From positions 848,616 to 912,615 of the forward strand of contig MU004186.1 of assembly GCA_010093605.1 (NCBI GenBank): a stretch of 64,000 nucleotides of DNA. Reading direction: 5' to 3'. A program made the position numbers and the translations under genes. Below are positions 51,513 to 64,000 of this stretch, piece by piece. This stretch comes from Lophium mytilinum. Taxonomy: Eukaryota. Each line of letters begins with the position of its first letter. Positions within the stretch are counted from its first letter, which is position 1. The notes under the pieces were generated by a model. It was not told where the DNA came from and did not search any database. It saw only the letters and a list, made by a program, of their open reading frames with translations.

Positions 51513-51788
51513 AGCGCGTACGGTATCTTGTCTTTTGCAAATCGGTCTTCTCTTGTGCACATAGATTTCGAGTTCTCCAGCTCCTGATTCCCTCTGCAGA
51601 CTTGCGATTCATGGGAGGTTGCGCAGGCCGACAGGACACATTCACCATTTTCATGGCGCTCTCGCTTCTCCCGACATGCCTTCTTCCGCTATATAAGCCT
51701 CTATTAATTCTCGGACTTTGACCTTACCAGCAACCTTGCACCACCGACCTCTGCTCACCCCCACCATTTCCTCTCGGCTCACCCAACC

Positions 51789-53128
51789 ATGGAGTCATCC
51801 TCTCCAACACCTTCAGGCCCATCGACGGAGTCCGATGCCCGCACCATGTCGGACAATCCGTCTTCTCCGCGACTCCATCGTACCGTTTCTTTAGACGACT
51901 CCAGTGACATAGCACTTGTCATTGGAGAAGAGTGCTCGGATGAGCCTGTCCGAGTCGAAGTCCTCAAGGGCGCTCTTCGTCTCTCGAGCTCTGTGTGGAA
52001 GACCATGTTCGAACCAGGTCGATGGGTAGAGAGCTCAAAGGCGGAGGTGGCGTTTCCCGACGACGATCCAGAGGCAATGCTCATGATTCTCCGCATCGTA
52101 CATCTCCGCTTCCGAGAGCTGCCTGAGGGGAAACTCAGCTTGGCAAAGTTGTTGTCCCTTGCTGTTGTATGTGACAAATACGCTACCGTTGGCATCGTCA
52201 GACCCTGGCTTCATGTCTGGGTTGATATCCCTAAGAAAGTTACGAGCGAGCCCGACTGGCTGTTCGTCGCATGGGTGTTTGGATATACGCGTATATTCCA
52301 GGACGTTGCGAATAAACTAGTCACCTACCTGGATACGGACTCCGACACGTATAACTCTCTCATGCTTGATCCAAAACCTCCTGGTATTGTCGGTAAGTAC
52401 TAGACTCCGTTTTCTCACCTTGCTGCAGTAATAGGCCTTTGGCCTGTGCGCGCGGCAGGTTTTCTTTGGCAACTCTGTAGTTGCTTGATACCACCGCCCG
52501 AGCCTGCTTCGTTGCACAAGTATTATATCACGCGCCTTCAAAGGTTAGCTCGGATTTGGGATAAGCGACTGTAGCATTCGGTCCAAAATGTTAGAATCCT
52601 GTGAGCGCACGCTGAGCGATGGCAAACTAAATAGGGGTGCACACATTTCTTGCGAGGCACTATTCTCTCAAACTATTATATAAGTATGTTGTATGCAAGA
52701 CGCTAACTTTTATCCTAGAAAACATCCTCCAGGCTAGGATACAAGTCATACAGCGCATCTTAGACATATGCTACACCACCCTCGACAAAAGCGCTGGAGC
52801 TCGCCATAAGTGCTGCCAACATAGCTCCCCTCTTTGCAGCGCAGCCATTGTAGGAGCGGTGGTGCAGGGATACTACAATTTTGGCCTCCTGCCACATCGA
52901 CTCAACGCCAACACCACCACAATGAGTATATACGATTTGACGGCGAAGCTAAAGAACTTCGATTTGCTCACTCATAAGGAACTCGAATATGGTGGCTACC
53001 TAAGTCACTTACAGTGCCCAGCTAGCTATATCAACATTCTCTACACCGCGCAAGAGATAGGGAAGAAAGCACCTAAGGTCGTTGAGGACAAGCATCTTCG
53101 ACACATGGAGGCGCAGACGAAGGCTTGA
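51789..53128 (+). CDS. BTB/POZ-domain gene 2, intact tandem paralog
   Basis: SDIALVIG, SSSVWKTMF, FPDDDPEAM, LAVVCDKY and WLFVAWVFG; intron at 52393-52718; ends HLRHMEAQTKA*. Confidence 0.88.
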
Positions 53129-53682
53129 GAAGGCAATGTACGACGATTAACGTTTTTAATGTGTATGCACCCTAGTTTGTATGCATTCTTTCAGCATTAT
53201 CTGAGGCGGCCCGGCGACCGACTCGGAGGTTCTAGGTGCTGAACTCCCAGTTGATTCGGGACATTGAATATACTATGGGGTACCGCAGTCAGTGGCAGGA
53301 AGCCACACACATCTGTATGTCGAAGCAGTAGAGGTAACTAGTCTGCAAGACATGAAACATGCGTTGAAGATAAATTCACCCCTAAATTTCTCGCCGAGTC
53401 ACGGCGCTTCAGCTCTAGTAAAGGCATGACAGCCATTTTGCTGCCTGATCTCCATTTCCTGTTAGTCTTTTTAGAGCAAATAGTCACAAATAGCTACAAT
53501 TGATATGAAAAAGAGAAGCTACACTTGAGATACGAGACTGGATCAGCACCGTGACCCAAAATTACAGTACCAAATCTTGCTACCCCGCGTGCCCCCGCCA
53601 AAGCTCTCCCCAAGCTTCAAAAATTTGTTTCTCAAACTTTACTTCAAAGACCGCACCACATTCAGCATTGCACATAGCAACC

Positions 53683-54418
53683 ATGCCCGACCAAGCATTC
53701 AACCTCACTGTCCTCATCTCCGGTAATGGCTCCAACCTCCAAGCCCTCATCGACGCCTGCGCCTCCTCCGCCCTCCCTTCCACACGCATAACACGAGTAA
53801 TATCAAAGTAAACCCGCGTACCCTCCCTCCTATAAATTCTCACTCACATTTCCTAGTAAAGCAGACGCCTACGGCCTCACCCGCGCCTCCAATGCCTCCA
53901 TCCCCAGCACCGTCCACAGCCTCGACCCCTACAAAGCGCGCTTTCCCAACGCCAAAAAACCCAAACTCTCCTCCCCAGAAGCCCGCTCAGAGTACTGCAA
54001 AGACCTGGCCAAGCTCGCTCTCGAAGCCACACCGAAACCTGACTTAATTGTCTGCGCAGGGTGGATGCTCATCCTAACGCCCACGTTCCTGACGCCTGTC
54101 GCGGAGGCAGGGATCAAAATCATAAACCTGCATCCTGCGTTACCGGGGGAGTTCGATGGCATAGATGCGATTGGGAGGGCGCATAAGGCGTTTTTGGCGG
54201 GCGAGATCAAGAGGACGGGGGTTATGATTCATGAGGTTATTGAGGACGTGGATGCGGGGCAGCCGGTTGTGACGCAGGAGGTGGAGATGCGGGAGGGGGA
54301 GAGTATTGAGGAGCTGGAGGCGAGGATACATGAGGTCGAGCATGGGTTGATTGTTGAGGGGACGAGGAGGACGTTGCTGGAGATTGGGGAGAGGAGGAAG
54401 GCGGGGGGTGGGGCGTGA
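53683..54418 (+). CDS. ADE8: Phosphoribosylglycinamide formyltransferase, one intron
   Basis: TVLISGNGSNLQALID, DLIVCAGWMLIL, INLHPALPGEFDG and GVMIHEVIEDVDAG. Confidence 0.95.
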
Positions 54419-57400
54419 TTAGGGAGGGTGTGGGTTTGGGATGGAGCTAGGGGAGCGACTGGGATGGTGTTGGGAAAAGCTGGTACGTGTGCTTCTTGTA
54501 TATCTACTTCGAAGGGTTCTGTTGTAAATGAGCTATCGATATTTGTCTTGGGATTCCGTTTCTCAGCGTATCGGCTGGCTATATCATCGACTAGATGAAA
54601 ATCGGTTTGAGACTCATATCCTCTCTTCAGAGAATCAAAACCAGCGACTTATCATCACGACTCTCAAAGGGGCATCTGAATCACTTGGTAGCCACGTGCT
54701 AGAGCTTTTCCTTCGTACATAAGAGTCCTTACGTGAGCTCCAATTATCTTATCATCACACAAATGCTCCATAGTTCTAGGAGAAAGGTGAAGACTGCTCC
54801 CATGGCTATTGGTTGGTGCAAAATCTCGAAAGCATGGACGTCATGATTTTGCGGCGGAAAGACCATTGGAAGACGTGTTCAAAAATCCAGTCAATTGTCG
54901 TCATAGCATCGCGGTGGAAAGAGGGTTGGAAGATGTGTTCGGAAGTTGAGTTCACATGCTTAATCAATGATGATGTGCTGCAATCTAGTTTACTGATAGC
55001 GAACTCTGAAGGCTAAGAGTTCTCAAACGAATCTCGGAAAAGATCTCGAGTAGTTCAACCGCCAGCTGGAGACTCTAACAGATGCTAGCAGGATTTCATG
55101 AGCGCAGCACACCATCACCATTCAGCAAGGCCGTAGAGCATCACCGATGAGGATAGATGAGCCAGGACAGAGCCTCCAACACTTCTCAGCCATCAGGAAG
55201 TATTCCTTCTGTTTTTTTTGCAATACAGCTTCGGTATTGCTACGAGATCCAGGCCACCACTTCTAACTCCCTGAAAGCGGATCTAGGCGTTGAGGAACTT
55301 TTATACCCTATCATGGAAGGAAATGCATCCGTCACATGACCCATCATACTCCCTGTACCAATACCGCGAGGAGTCCGAGTCCGAGTTAGTAATTATCGAA
55401 CCATTCAATATGGAGACCAGCCCATATTACCTAAGCATCTCATCCCAACAATTGCTTACAGCAAGGCCATAGCCCGAGCAAAGATCGCATCGAAGGTTGC
55501 AAAAAGAATTTTGTTTTCATGGAAGCATTCGGCCTCTAATCATCTGAAGTCGATCATCTATCTCCCAGATGCTAGGCAAGGATCAACTATACGCTCAGAG
55601 AGAGCTTATTTCCTATAAGCGCTATCCAACGTTGTATATGACCCCAATCTCCAATCTCTTTTACTAACTCTCGAGCTTCAACGCTCGTCCCCCAGTCTAC
55701 TCACATGCAGTTATACATCCCAGCCCCTACCATCCTTGTCCTTCTCCTCCATTTACCAAATAGGCCGCTAGCTTGATCTACAGAGACGCGATACCGCTGA
55801 AGACGCTTCTCCAGCTTTCTGGGTACCGATGTTCTCTCAAACCGGCCGCAGCGACTCTCCGATAGAGCCTCTACACATCCCCCCATCTTTTAACTCTCTG
55901 TCCTTCTAACACTTCCAGGCTTCGGAAGCGGTTGCCCTCTGTAAACTACCATAGAGCTGTCCGGACCCAGCAAAACCGTGGCAGAAACTTCATTCCCCGC
56001 AAGGCTCGTTGTCGGACCGCCCAGGGCGGGCGCCGGGATTGTTGGCGATGGATAGGAAGATTCTGCGAGAGGAGGTTGGAAAAGAGGGTTCGAGCAATTG
56101 AGAAGTTCCTGCCCTTCGAAGGCACTAAAACTCCATCGAGGTCCGTTGCAGAAAGAGCTACGGAGACGTAGAGGAGGGTAAGGTGTCGATGTTTCTTTTG
56201 ATGCCGACGCAGATCTGCCTTCGGTAGGCATCTCAAGGTGCTCCTTGTAGAGTCGGAGGAGAAGCGGAAGCTTAATGGGATGTTGTAGGCCTCAATAATC
56301 ATGAGGCTGGACAAGGAAGTATTATAAGAGGGTGCGTGTAGATGGGAAAGATTTGCATTGCCTTGAAATTATGCCCCTATTTGCTTGAACCACCTCTACC
56401 ACCAGTGAGATGAGGCCATTGCCTCCACTCGCCAGCAGTTCCAGCATCTATAACCTTCTATAAGGCTCTAAAAGGCATATGAGCCACTGTCGCCCTGCTG
56501 GATGTGGCCGTGCAGGAGCAAGAGCGAGCGTCATAACCTTAAGCGACACCTCACTGTTCCGGACCAAACCCTATTGGGTCTAGCGCCCCACTAGCGTTGT
56601 CCGCTGCCTCATAATAAAAAGCTGCGTCCGCCCTCCTTCTCCTCTTCATCCGCTCCGCGACAACACCACCCAGTGCCCAACCTTTCCACGACGGCAGCTC
56701 TGCTAGGGCAAGCTGCAGACAGAGAAGAGATCAGAATGGCGGCCCGTGGCGGCAGCGTCGCGTCACCGACTCCGTTGTAAGACCTCACTTCCCCTCCAGA
56801 CGTCCCGCGGAAGAATTTGCTGACCGTTCGAGTAGAGGCCATAGGCCCCCGCCGAGTTTGCAGGGAGGACGAGGAGTATCCTGTCGACGCCGATGCTGTA
56901 CACCTGGGCAACCCCCAAACACCAAAAGCAGAAGCCGACGCAGGATGGGCGGATCCGACCTGAGGAAGCGCCCGAAGCCCGTACGCATGGGAAGCCCCCA
57001 AACGCCGAAAAGCTGACAGCCAGAGCCTCCGGGTGCGCGATCGACGAAGCCGATGCCGACCCCCCAAGAGATGATTCCATATTATTGCGGATGACGCTGA
57101 CGCCTTTGAGAGGACGCACGAGGTGTCCCGGAAAGTCTTCGGAACGCTAATGCTCAGCACCACCCGTTGGGATACCGTGGCATACGGGCGCTGATGCGGA
57201 GGCTGGAAGAAGGAGTGCCGGATTTTAGGAACAGTTCATAACTTCGGTTTTGGCAAGGTTTGGCCAAGGAACGACGCCTTCACAGCTTTTGTAGCCGCAC
57301 CCGTCTAGGAACACGACACGAGAGGGGGAGCCTGCTAGGGGTCCGCCCTGAAAGGTGAAAGCACTCGAAGGAGACAAAGCGGACGGTGTATACAAAACTG

Positions 57401-57579
57401 TGTCGGGTTGACCGGAAGCCGGGAGAGGATCCCAATGGAGAAAAATCTGGCGCTAGCCTGCTGAGGGAGGGCGGCGAGTAATACCATAGGGAACCTGGAG
57501 GACAAGCGGAATGAAGCTCTGCCAGAGGTGGAGGCTTGAGTGGAGGATGAAAGGGATGGGAACGAATGAAAAAGGGGAC

Positions 57580-57672
57580 AGAGAGAGATGGAGGGATGAG
57601 GAGGGAGAGGGATGAGGATGGAGAGGGATGAGGAGGGAGAGGGATGGGGAGGGAGAGGGATGGGGATGGAGG
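57580..57672. repeat. Purine-rich low-complexity repeat (GAGAGGGATGAGGAGG-like units)
   Basis: Repeated GGAGAGGGATG units are visible. Confidence 0.8.
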
Positions 57673-58678
57673 AGACTTGGGGTACATAGCGCAGGCACTC
57701 TTTTCCCCCTTACGAGGGTTTTTAACGAGGCCAGCATTTCTTCAAAAAAGTTTCTCATGCTTAGTACGCTGTTACTCTTGTTCTTGATGGCTGCCGTCTA
57801 TTAGGAGGCGCAACATTCTTGTCAACATGAGGTTGAGAGGATGTGGGATGAGAAAGAGATGAGATCAAAACCTGGTGCATTGTTCTTCGCCCTTTCCTCA
57901 CGACCACGAGACAAGATGAGAACTTACACATAAGGAATACACCAGGTCTACAAAGATTCAACGAAGTACCTCGACAAGTCCGGAGAGAATGATGGCGATG
58001 TTTGATGGTTGATGAAATCCCGAAGCTATATAAAACCGAGTACCTACCTCGAAAACCACATCTCCATCACTTTCATCCCACCAATCTAACCAATCAAAGA
58101 GCCATCTCAAAGTCCTTTTCAAATTTTGCACACGCTCTTACCTTGTCACCCTTCTTTCATAAACCTCAAACCGCCTAGGGCTGCAGACATCCCGCCCCAC
58201 ACCGCAATCGCTTCACGACATAAAATCATCCCGAGAGAGGGAAATCTCATCAGAGCCATCATCCACTCTTGCGAGCGCTCGGAAAGACATTGTTCGCTAT
58301 CAGGTCGTCCTTCCTCGAAGGGAACGGGTGGAGTGTGTCGCTGGACGTCGGGACTTCGGGAACCCCTGGTGGTTACTTAGTCAGCAAGATATCAAGATCT
58401 AGGTGCCAAGAGATCTCTTGTTTACTCCACCACAACTTCGCTGCATCGCACACTGCACGACAGCTCCCTCGTCACAAAACCCAATTCCACTCCTTCTCCC
58501 TTCCTTTTGCGTGCACTGCCCTTCTCTTGAAGCCTCCAATCAATTCCTCCAAGCAGTAAGTCGCCCATTCCTTACTTGTGCCATCACCAAGCTAACCACC
58601 GGAATGCAATTGACAGTAAGCGCAGGCACCCCTTCGACCCCACATAAAGCAGAGACCGTGAGGCTCTACCTCGTGGAC

Positions 58679-60115
58679 ATGTCTGGCTTCATAACAACAA
58701 TGTTCGTTCCCACTTCTTCTTCCCCCACTACCTTCCCCGCGAATCCAAAGCCCCTCCAGCCGGTCTTCACCCTCGCCCAGAGCGAGAGCTGCATACACTT
58801 CGAATGGGACCCGCTTGGCCGGAGAGATCAAATACTCGGGAAGCAAAGAGATAAAGGGCGCCTCGCATCAGTTCCTGTCCGGCCAGAAATGACATACAAA
58901 AGCCCGCTGCAGAGGGGTTTGGGCGAGGGGTTGCGGGCAGCACAGGCACAGACCCAGGTTCCGTCTATAAACGCAGGCTTCGGTATTAAAGACCACGGAG
59001 AAGAGCTGGATCATCTTCGTATGGCGGTCCCACCTCCGACGCCGGTCTCCAGTCCTAAGCTGGCCCCGCGAGACGCAAGCCCGGCGCGTGACTGCCCCAA
59101 CTACTCGTACAAACTGCTTCCTGGCGGCGGGACGCCTGTTCGTGCCTCTCCGGCCAAACAAGACTGGGAAGGGTGTGCTACTCCGACCACTAAAAAGCTC
59201 TGGGCGGGGTGGGGCACTGGCAGCCCTGCAAGTACTAATAGCACTGTCAAATATCAAACGCCCCGAACTGGATTTGCAGGCCTGAGCTTACTTTCTGGTT
59301 TCTTCAATAGCAATCCCCGGACGCGCACACCGTTCAAGCCGCAGAAGTCGAACCGAGGGACCAGCAGTTGGCAGCTCAAGCAGTATGCGGAGGCGACGCT
59401 CGGGAGTGGAAGCTTGAGGAAGGCGGTCAAGTTGCCGGAAGGGGAGGATAAGGACGAGTGGTTGGCTGTCAACGGTAAGATAGCCATGGAGATGATTAAC
59501 TGTTTGATGGGTTTGCTAATGTAGTGGTCACACAGTGGTCGACTTCTACAACCAGATCAATCTGCTCTATGGTTCGATTACCGAGTTCTGCTCGCCGCAG
59601 ACATGTCCAGAGATGAAGGCTACGGACGAGTGAGTTATGTGTTTCACATTGTTAGATCATGGTATCGCTGCTTATAAGGATAGATTCGAATACCTATGGC
59701 AAGACACAGAGAACTTCAAACGCCCAACCAAGATGGCCGCGCCGGAGTACATCGAGCACCTCATGGCATGGGTCCAGAGCAACATCGACAACGAGCAGAT
59801 GTTTCCCAGCAGAATCGGTTCGATCTCCTTAAGTCTACATCCTTTCCGACAATCAAGCTAACGATCCTAGGCGTCGCCTTCCCCAAGACGTTCCCGGCTC
59901 TCATCCGCAACATGTTCAAGCGCCTCTACCGCGTCTACGCCCACATCTACTGCCACCATTACCCCGTGATCATCGAGCTCGGCCTCGAACCGCATCTGAA
60001 CACGAGCTTCAAGCACTACGTCCTATTCATCGACGAGCACGGGCTCGCGTCGGGTTCGAAAGACTTCTGGGGACCACTGGGCGATCTGGTAGAGAGCATG
60101 CTAAGGAGTGACTAA
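58679..60115 (+). CDS. MOB1: Mob1 kinase activator (SIN/MEN), multi-exon
   Basis: [68 protein letters not shown] and [10 protein letters not shown]. Confidence 0.95.
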
Positions 60116-60569
60116 GTTAGAGCAGAGACGCGGTTGCTACGAATGGTGTATGCGGTAATGAGGACATGAAATGGCATTGAGTGGCAAAGCAGCTCTCTAG
60201 GGTTCTTTTGTTTCTAACTGGGGGTAATGGCGCTGTTTTGGCTCATAATCGGACATCAGGAATAGGGGGCGTCGTTCCGGCGAGACATGAAGGTTGTATT
60301 GACGACTAAACAATCCATTTGCGAGTGGTGCTCTTTTCTCTTTTCCAGTTTCATTGACGACGCTCTGACTGGCGAGTCCTGAGATTTTAGACATGAATCC
60401 TCTAAACTCCTATATTCGCTCTTGCTAGTATGGTCTTGTATGATCTTGATCCTCGACTTCTTATAATAAGACGCCCCTCAGTAGTATTCATCCCCAAAAG
60501 CTAGACGCGAGGCTGAAAACAAAGCAGTTGAAAGACCCACTTGTTAGCGGTTAATCTACCCCACGCCTG

Positions 60570-61190
60570 GGCCCTGTCAAAGCATCTTTGGTGCGATGGC
60601 GTCGATGGCGCACTTAGCGAGGTGGCTAGCGATAAGGCTCCAGGTTTCCTCGTTGATGTTGATGCTGCGAAAAGGGCCCAGGACGAAGTCATGCTCCGTG
60701 TCTCTGAATATTTGGATGTTGCCTTCCCGCATCCTGTACACACGGCGGTCACGAAGTTAGGAAGTAGAGCTCGATAAGCCTTGTTAAAGTAGGTTTAACG
60801 AACAGTAGCGCTCTATTCTCGCTACCAGAGGTACTAGCTCTCCCCAGACCTCCTCTACGTCTAGAGCATCATGAAACCCCCATACGAACGTCCAGTGGCC
60901 TAGATGTAGCTACCCTCCCCGTCCCAAACTTTGGCTCCATCCAGCTCCCATCCAGCGTGAAACCACGAAGGCCCAGGCGTGACGTCACAGCGAACACTGA
61001 TATCCAGGCGAACAACCTCCTTTGTCTGCCGCTCCATCACGATCTTGCGGATGACCAAGGCTCCAAGCGAACGGTGCAACGGTGCTTTCACGCGGCCGTC
61101 GGTCTTGTCTTCCGTCATGCAGCGGCACGGTGGGAACTTTTCGAGTAAACGGGGACGACGATCATGCATCGTGGGGCATCGACAACCCCG
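60570..61190 (-). pseudogene. Possible decayed gene fragment of unknown family
   Basis: Coding-like peptide stretches (RMGFHDALDVEEVWGELVPLVARIERY; RVYRMREGNIQIFRDTEHDFVLGPFRSININEETW) lie in one frame, broken by TAA stops. Confidence 0.3.
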
Positions 61191-61611
61191 CATGAGTAGA
61201 TTCTAGTGGTAGCCCAGCAGCCAGCGCCTGGGTCTACCGCCAATGGCCTCAACCTGGCCGTCAGCGGCGGTAGGGAGAGCTTATGAATGAGGGATCCCCC
61301 AGGGGCCCCGCGTAGGTTGCTTTAAGCTGTCTGTGGGACTGATCTGTGCTCTGGATCATATATCTTGGTGCTTGATTGTGCTTCTTGGTGGTTATTGATT
61401 GAGTGAGGAGATTGATATATGCTTTACTCATAGCTAGAACACCACGATTAGGAATTTGATAACAGCCTATTTGTGCTCTACCTCTATAGGGTTACTATAA
61501 ACACTCTCTAGTAGGGCCCTCAACAAGAGTAAGGATTCCTATTCAAAACTCATTCCATACTTTCGACATCAACCCCAAACTCACCCCTCTCAGACCTCAC
61601 CACCACCAACC

Positions 61612-63814
61612 ATGCCCCCCTCCCACCACTCCGCCCGCAACTCGTCCGGCGACGAAGAAAAGCCCGACAAGACCAACCCCATCCGCAACTCCAGCATCGC
61701 CCTCTCCGCCGCCGAGCGCGCCCGCCGCAACATCAACGCTAAGCTCGCCAACCCCCTCCAGGGCTACAGCTATGAAGAACTACGCAAGATGGGGCGCGAC
61801 TATGCCTACGAGCACGCGCTGGCCGAAGCAGAAGACGTGCGCGCGCTCGAGCTCGGCGCGATGCTGGCGCGCGATCCCGAGAACATCGACATCATGAAGC
61901 AGTTCGGCATTACTGATGAGGAGCATGCGGTGCTGGTGAGGGAGATTACGCATCGATGGAGCCAGCCGTGGTTGTTGTATTTGGTTATTGTTCTGTGCTC
62001 GACTTGTGCGGCGGTTCAGGGGATGGGTGAGTAACTATTTATGTGTTTGAGTGGAGAGATGCTGAGACCTTGTAGATGAGACCGTGGTCAATGGTGCGCA
62101 GCTGTTCTTTTTACCGCAGTTTGGCATCGATAACGGCGATGAGAGGTCGACGTGGCTTACGGGGCTTGTTAATGGGGCGCCGTATCTTTGTTGCGCGCTT
62201 ATTGGGTGTTGGTTGACTACTCCTTATAAGTAAGTCTACCTCTCCTTGAGTCCTAGAGCAGTGGGATAGGACACTGATTCGGTTGCAGTAATTGGTTCGG
62301 TCGCCGAGGTACCATCTTCATCACTTGCCTCTTCAGCGCTATTGCGTGTTTCTGGCAAGGCTTCGTGAATACGTGGTGGCATATGTTCATCGCGCGGTTT
62401 GCTCTCGGGTTTGGGATTGGGCCAAAGTCGGCTACTGTTCCTATCTATGCGGTAAGTTTGGCTGCTTTGTGCTTCGATGAGGATTCGTAATTGATGGGCT
62501 TTCCAAGGCCGAATGCACACCTCCGCAGATTCGTGGAGCGCTTGTCATGCAATGGCAGATGTGGACTGCCTTTGGTAAGTCACAGTTTGGAAGAGAAGTA
62601 GGAATGGTTACGAGCTGACTTTTCCAGGCATCATGTTCGGCTACGTCTCTGACTTAGCTTTCTATTCCGTCCCGGATAAGCACAACATTACCGGCCTGAA
62701 CTGGCGTATCATGATGGCCTCTGCCATGCTTCCCGCCGTCATTGTATGCATTTTCGTCTTCTGGGTCCCGGAGTCTCCGCGCTGGTATATGTCGAAAGGC
62801 CGCCACGCCTCTGCCTACCAGTCTATGTGCAAGCTCCGCTTCAACAAAGTTCAGGCGGCTCGCGATCTGTTCTATATGTCGGAGCTACTCAAGGCCGAGG
62901 AGAGCATGACCATCGGTCAGAGTAAGATTAGGGAGTTGTATACTGTTCCGAGGAATCGACGTGCGATGATTGCATCCGAGATCGTTATGTTCATGCAGCA
63001 GGTGAGTTTGAGAATCTCCCCTAACTTCCCCCAAACCGCTTTTTCTCCAAATCCTCAACACTCCGCAACAAGCAGCCTACGCTAACACCTTAATAAGTTC
63101 TGCGGGGTTAACGTCATAGCATACTACTCTTCATCCATATTCGTCGAATCCGGCTTCAGCGAACAATCCGCTCTCGGCGCCTCCCTCGGCTGGGGCGTAA
63201 TCAACTTCCTCTTCGCCATCCCGGCCATCTACACCATCGACACCTTCGGCCGGCGCAATCTCCTCCTAACCACCTTCCCCCTCATGTCGCTCTGCCTCCT
63301 CTTCACCGGCTTCTCCTTCTACATCCCCACCAGCTCCAAAGCCCACATCGGCTGCATCGCGCTCGGCCTCTACCTCTTCGGCATCGTCTACTCCCCCGGC
63401 GAAGGCCCCGTCCCCTTCACCTACTCGGCCGAAGCCTACCCGCTCTACATCCGCACCATCGGCATGTCCCTCGCAACAGCCACAACGTGGTTCTTCAATT
63501 TCATCCTGTCCATCACGTGGCCGTCGCTGCTCAAGGCGTTCAAGCCGCAGGGCGCGTTCGGGTGGTACGCTGCCTGGAATCTGGTCGGCTGGGTGCTGGT
63601 CCTGCTCTTCATGCCTGAAACCAAGGGCAAGACGCTCGAGGAGCTGGATCAGGTCTTCAGCGTGCCGACGCATGTGCATGCGGCGTATGGGCTGCGGCAG
63701 GTGCCGTATTTCGTTAATCGGTACGTGTTGTGGCGGAGGGTGGAGCCCGAGAGGCTATATGAGAGGGAGGCGTATGATGAGAATGCTGTCGAGCCGGAGA
63801 CGAATGTGGTGTAA
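61612..63814 (+). CDS. Sugar porter (MFS; polyol/myo-inositol transporter-like), multi-exon
   Basis: AAVQGM/DE, GIGPKSATVP, VPESPRW, FMQQ/FCGVN, IDTFGRRNLLL, YSPGEGPVPFTYSAEAYP and PETKGKTLEELD. Confidence 0.93.
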
Positions 63815-64000
63815 ATTGTGAGGAGGGAATCGAGGTAATACGTGAAGAAGAAATAGGAGGGAAGGGCTGATAATGCGATGTTCGAAAGCCAGATTGAAAT
63901 AGTTTGGTGAGAGGGACGGTTGGAACGCTTTCTTTGATACCCAGTTCCTTCATTTGGTACTCAGATCTGGTGGGAACTTTCCTTGTATGATTGTTTTGCT

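Noticed and set aside
57280..57758. Pro/Ser/Leu-rich minus-strand ORFs
   Set aside because: They are translations of the low-complexity purine/pyrimidine repeat.
58403..58678. Upstream extension of the MOB1 ORF
   Set aside because: It has a GTG start and contains a likely 5'-UTR intron (GTAAGT...GCTAAC...GACAG, about 58556-58616).

Overview
Genomic DNA from a filamentous ascomycete (Pezizomycotina), judged from GT-AG introns with CTRAC branch points, the gene content and RIP-type mutation. The first ~3.7 kb is an AT-rich, RIP-mutated Ty1/copia LTR retrotransposon on the minus strand. The rest holds about 20 spliced genes: CMD/AhpD-like, D-amino-acid oxidase-like, a head-to-head NIP7/NOC3 pair, INO80-subunit-like, MFS transporter, Est1/SMG6-like zinc finger-TPR-PIN, ALG5, AAA+ ATPase, NOSIP-like RING, two tandem orphan paralogs, SNG1-like, tafazzin, NC2-alpha/BUR6, two tandem BTB genes, ADE8, MOB1 and a sugar porter. 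The main observations are: (1) the Est1/SMG6-like gene, isolated in a ~19 kb gene-poor island, ends in a leaky-stop context (CAA-TAA-CAA-CTA) followed by 198 more in-frame sense codons; (2) MOB1 has a 609-nt, in-frame, stop-free first intron encoding an S/T-P-rich insert; (3) a ~200-nt box C/D snoRNA candidate; (4) two non-autonomous TIR transposons with 8-bp target duplications, one interrupting a BTB exon; (5) a highly structured 282-nt intron; (6) a RIP-damaged extra ORF upstream of copia gag. All calls come from reading the sequence by eye. No searches were run, and exon boundaries and gene names are inferred.
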